From: Saprolegnia diclina VS20
Taxonomy: Eukaryota
Reading direction: 5' to 3'
Length of the DNA: 20,000 bases
NCBI RefSeq assembly: GCF_000281045.1
Contig: NW_008246114.1
Span: 155,239 to 175,238, forward strand
Of this stretch, positions 19,593-20,000 are shown piece by piece. A program made the translations under genes and the position numbers. Below the pieces are notes generated by a model, which saw only the letters and a list, made by a program, of their open reading frames with translations, was not told where the DNA came from and searched no databases. Within the stretch, counting starts at the first letter, position 1; every line of letters starts with the position of its first letter.

Positions 19593-20000
19593 GCCCAATA
19601 TGCGTCTTTGCTAGTCGTCGTCGTCGTAGTGTCGTAATATATTCGTGTGCTTCTTACAAAGCGCCGACTACCGGTCGGACTAGTATTAAACAGAGCCATC
19701 ACCTGTCCCTTTCGGAACAACGCAGTTGTGCGTAGCGGTGTGGACCGAGGACGGGCCATATCGGTCCACAAGACGGTGGATTTTTGATGACCTGCACGTC
19801 ACGAAAGCACTTTGCCAACCCTTCCACGCAGCAAAGGACATTATGTACACAAAGAACAGTGCATCTCATCAACAAACGACCGATACAGGACGTCGCAGCG
19901 GGACCTACGACTTGAGGCAACGTCTATGAGATGGCCGTTGCCGTCGCCACGCAGCCAACGAGCTCCGCGTGTTGTCAGGCATTCGCAGCGTGGGTCATGC

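Noticed and set aside
19699..20000. Possible gene start or end at the window edge
   Set aside because: Too short and without motifs to assign strand or product.

Overview
Eukaryotic genomic DNA, almost certainly an oomycete and probably Saprolegniales (Saprolegnia/Achlya-like; inferred). The evidence is short GT-AG introns (38-62 nt, often GTACGT donors), GC3-rich codons, an oomycete-type FYVE-GAF gene and Inr/FPR-like core promoters. In order, the window holds: an intronless hypothetical gene (221-1081, +); a two-exon FYVE+GAF gene (3574-4886, +); a decayed ankyrin-repeat fragment (~5.4-5.8 kb); a five-exon minus-strand gene (8589-6604) encoding four copies of an unrecognised ~90-aa domain; two adjacent perfect 35-bp palindromes (9841-9920); a membrane-anchored GH6 cellulase (10534-12069); tRNA-Gly(GCC) (12371-12441); a signal-anchored coiled-coil protein (14297-13302, -); an eight-exon snurportin-1 (14931-16448); and a second membrane-anchored GH6 paralogue (18144-19592). 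The most novel-looking items are the four-repeat protein, whose introns sit at the same position in three repeats, the twin palindromes, and the GH6 pair, which share an altered substrate-binding motif, a cytoplasmic tail motif and identically spaced CCAAT boxes. No prokaryotic system, CRISPR array or intact transposon is supported.
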